This document shows, piece after piece, positions 63,621-64,000 of a stretch of DNA of 64,000 bases. The stretch is from the NCBI RefSeq assembly GCF_009914755.1, contig NC_060925.1. One strand, given 5' to 3'. The stretch comes from the human T2T-CHM13v2.0 reference genome, Homo sapiens. The position numbers were made by a program, and so were the translations under genes. Numbering within the stretch: position 1 is the stretch's first letter; the number at the start of each line of letters is the position of its first letter. Under the pieces are notes generated by a model, which searched no databases, was not told the DNA's origin, and was given only the letters and a program-made list of their open reading frames with translations.

Positions 63621-64000
63621 TTATAAAAACAATAATATAGGACAGTTTCTTAACTTTAGTACAATTAATATTTGGGGCCAAATAATTCTGTTATGGGAAG
63701 TTGTCCTGTGCCTACTAGAATGTTAGCAATGTCTCTGGCCTCTACCCATTAGATGCCAGGAACCCACCTCCCCAGTTATTAGAACCAAAAATGTCTCCAG
63801 GGATTGCCAAACGTCCCCTAGGAGGCCAAATCACCCCAAGTTGAGACTACTGATATAGCTATATACATTAACATATAAAGATATCCATAACATAGTGTTA
63901 AAAGAAAATAGAATAGTATCTAACCTCTGAGTCAATTTATGTAATAACATATACACACATGACACATGTGCTTAAATATATATACAAATGTCTGGAAGGA

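Overview
Hominoid, almost certainly human, genomic DNA. Positions 1-27,000 are repeat-rich and apparently intergenic: Alu, L1, L2, MIR, ERVL/MaLR LTRs and DNA-transposon fossils, with a GC-richer unique island at about 5-10 kb. From 30.5 kb to the window end, the minus strand carries TRIT1 (tRNA isopentenyltransferase 1). I read coding exons 2-11 base by base (141, 99, 146, 143, 112, 113, 78, 110, 118 and 170 nt of CDS). They splice into one open frame ending ...ELKCSV*. Exon 1 lies beyond the right edge. Best observations: (1) intron 2 is a U12-type AT-AC intron; (2) an offset GT-AG pair 31 nt and 7 nt away would give an in-frame +8 aa product, a candidate U12/U2 twintron-like switch; (3) a 7 x 20-bp minisatellite holds seven phased CCTTTGTT TCF/LEF/SOX sites; (4) an Alu plus a full-length SVA sit between one pair of target-site duplications in intron 1; (5) several templated-insertion scars lie in the first 3.5 kb. 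Most ORFs in the supplied track are Alu, SVA or simple-repeat artefacts. Repeat family names come from recalled consensus sequences and their boundaries are approximate. I found no provably new system; the findings are testable candidates.
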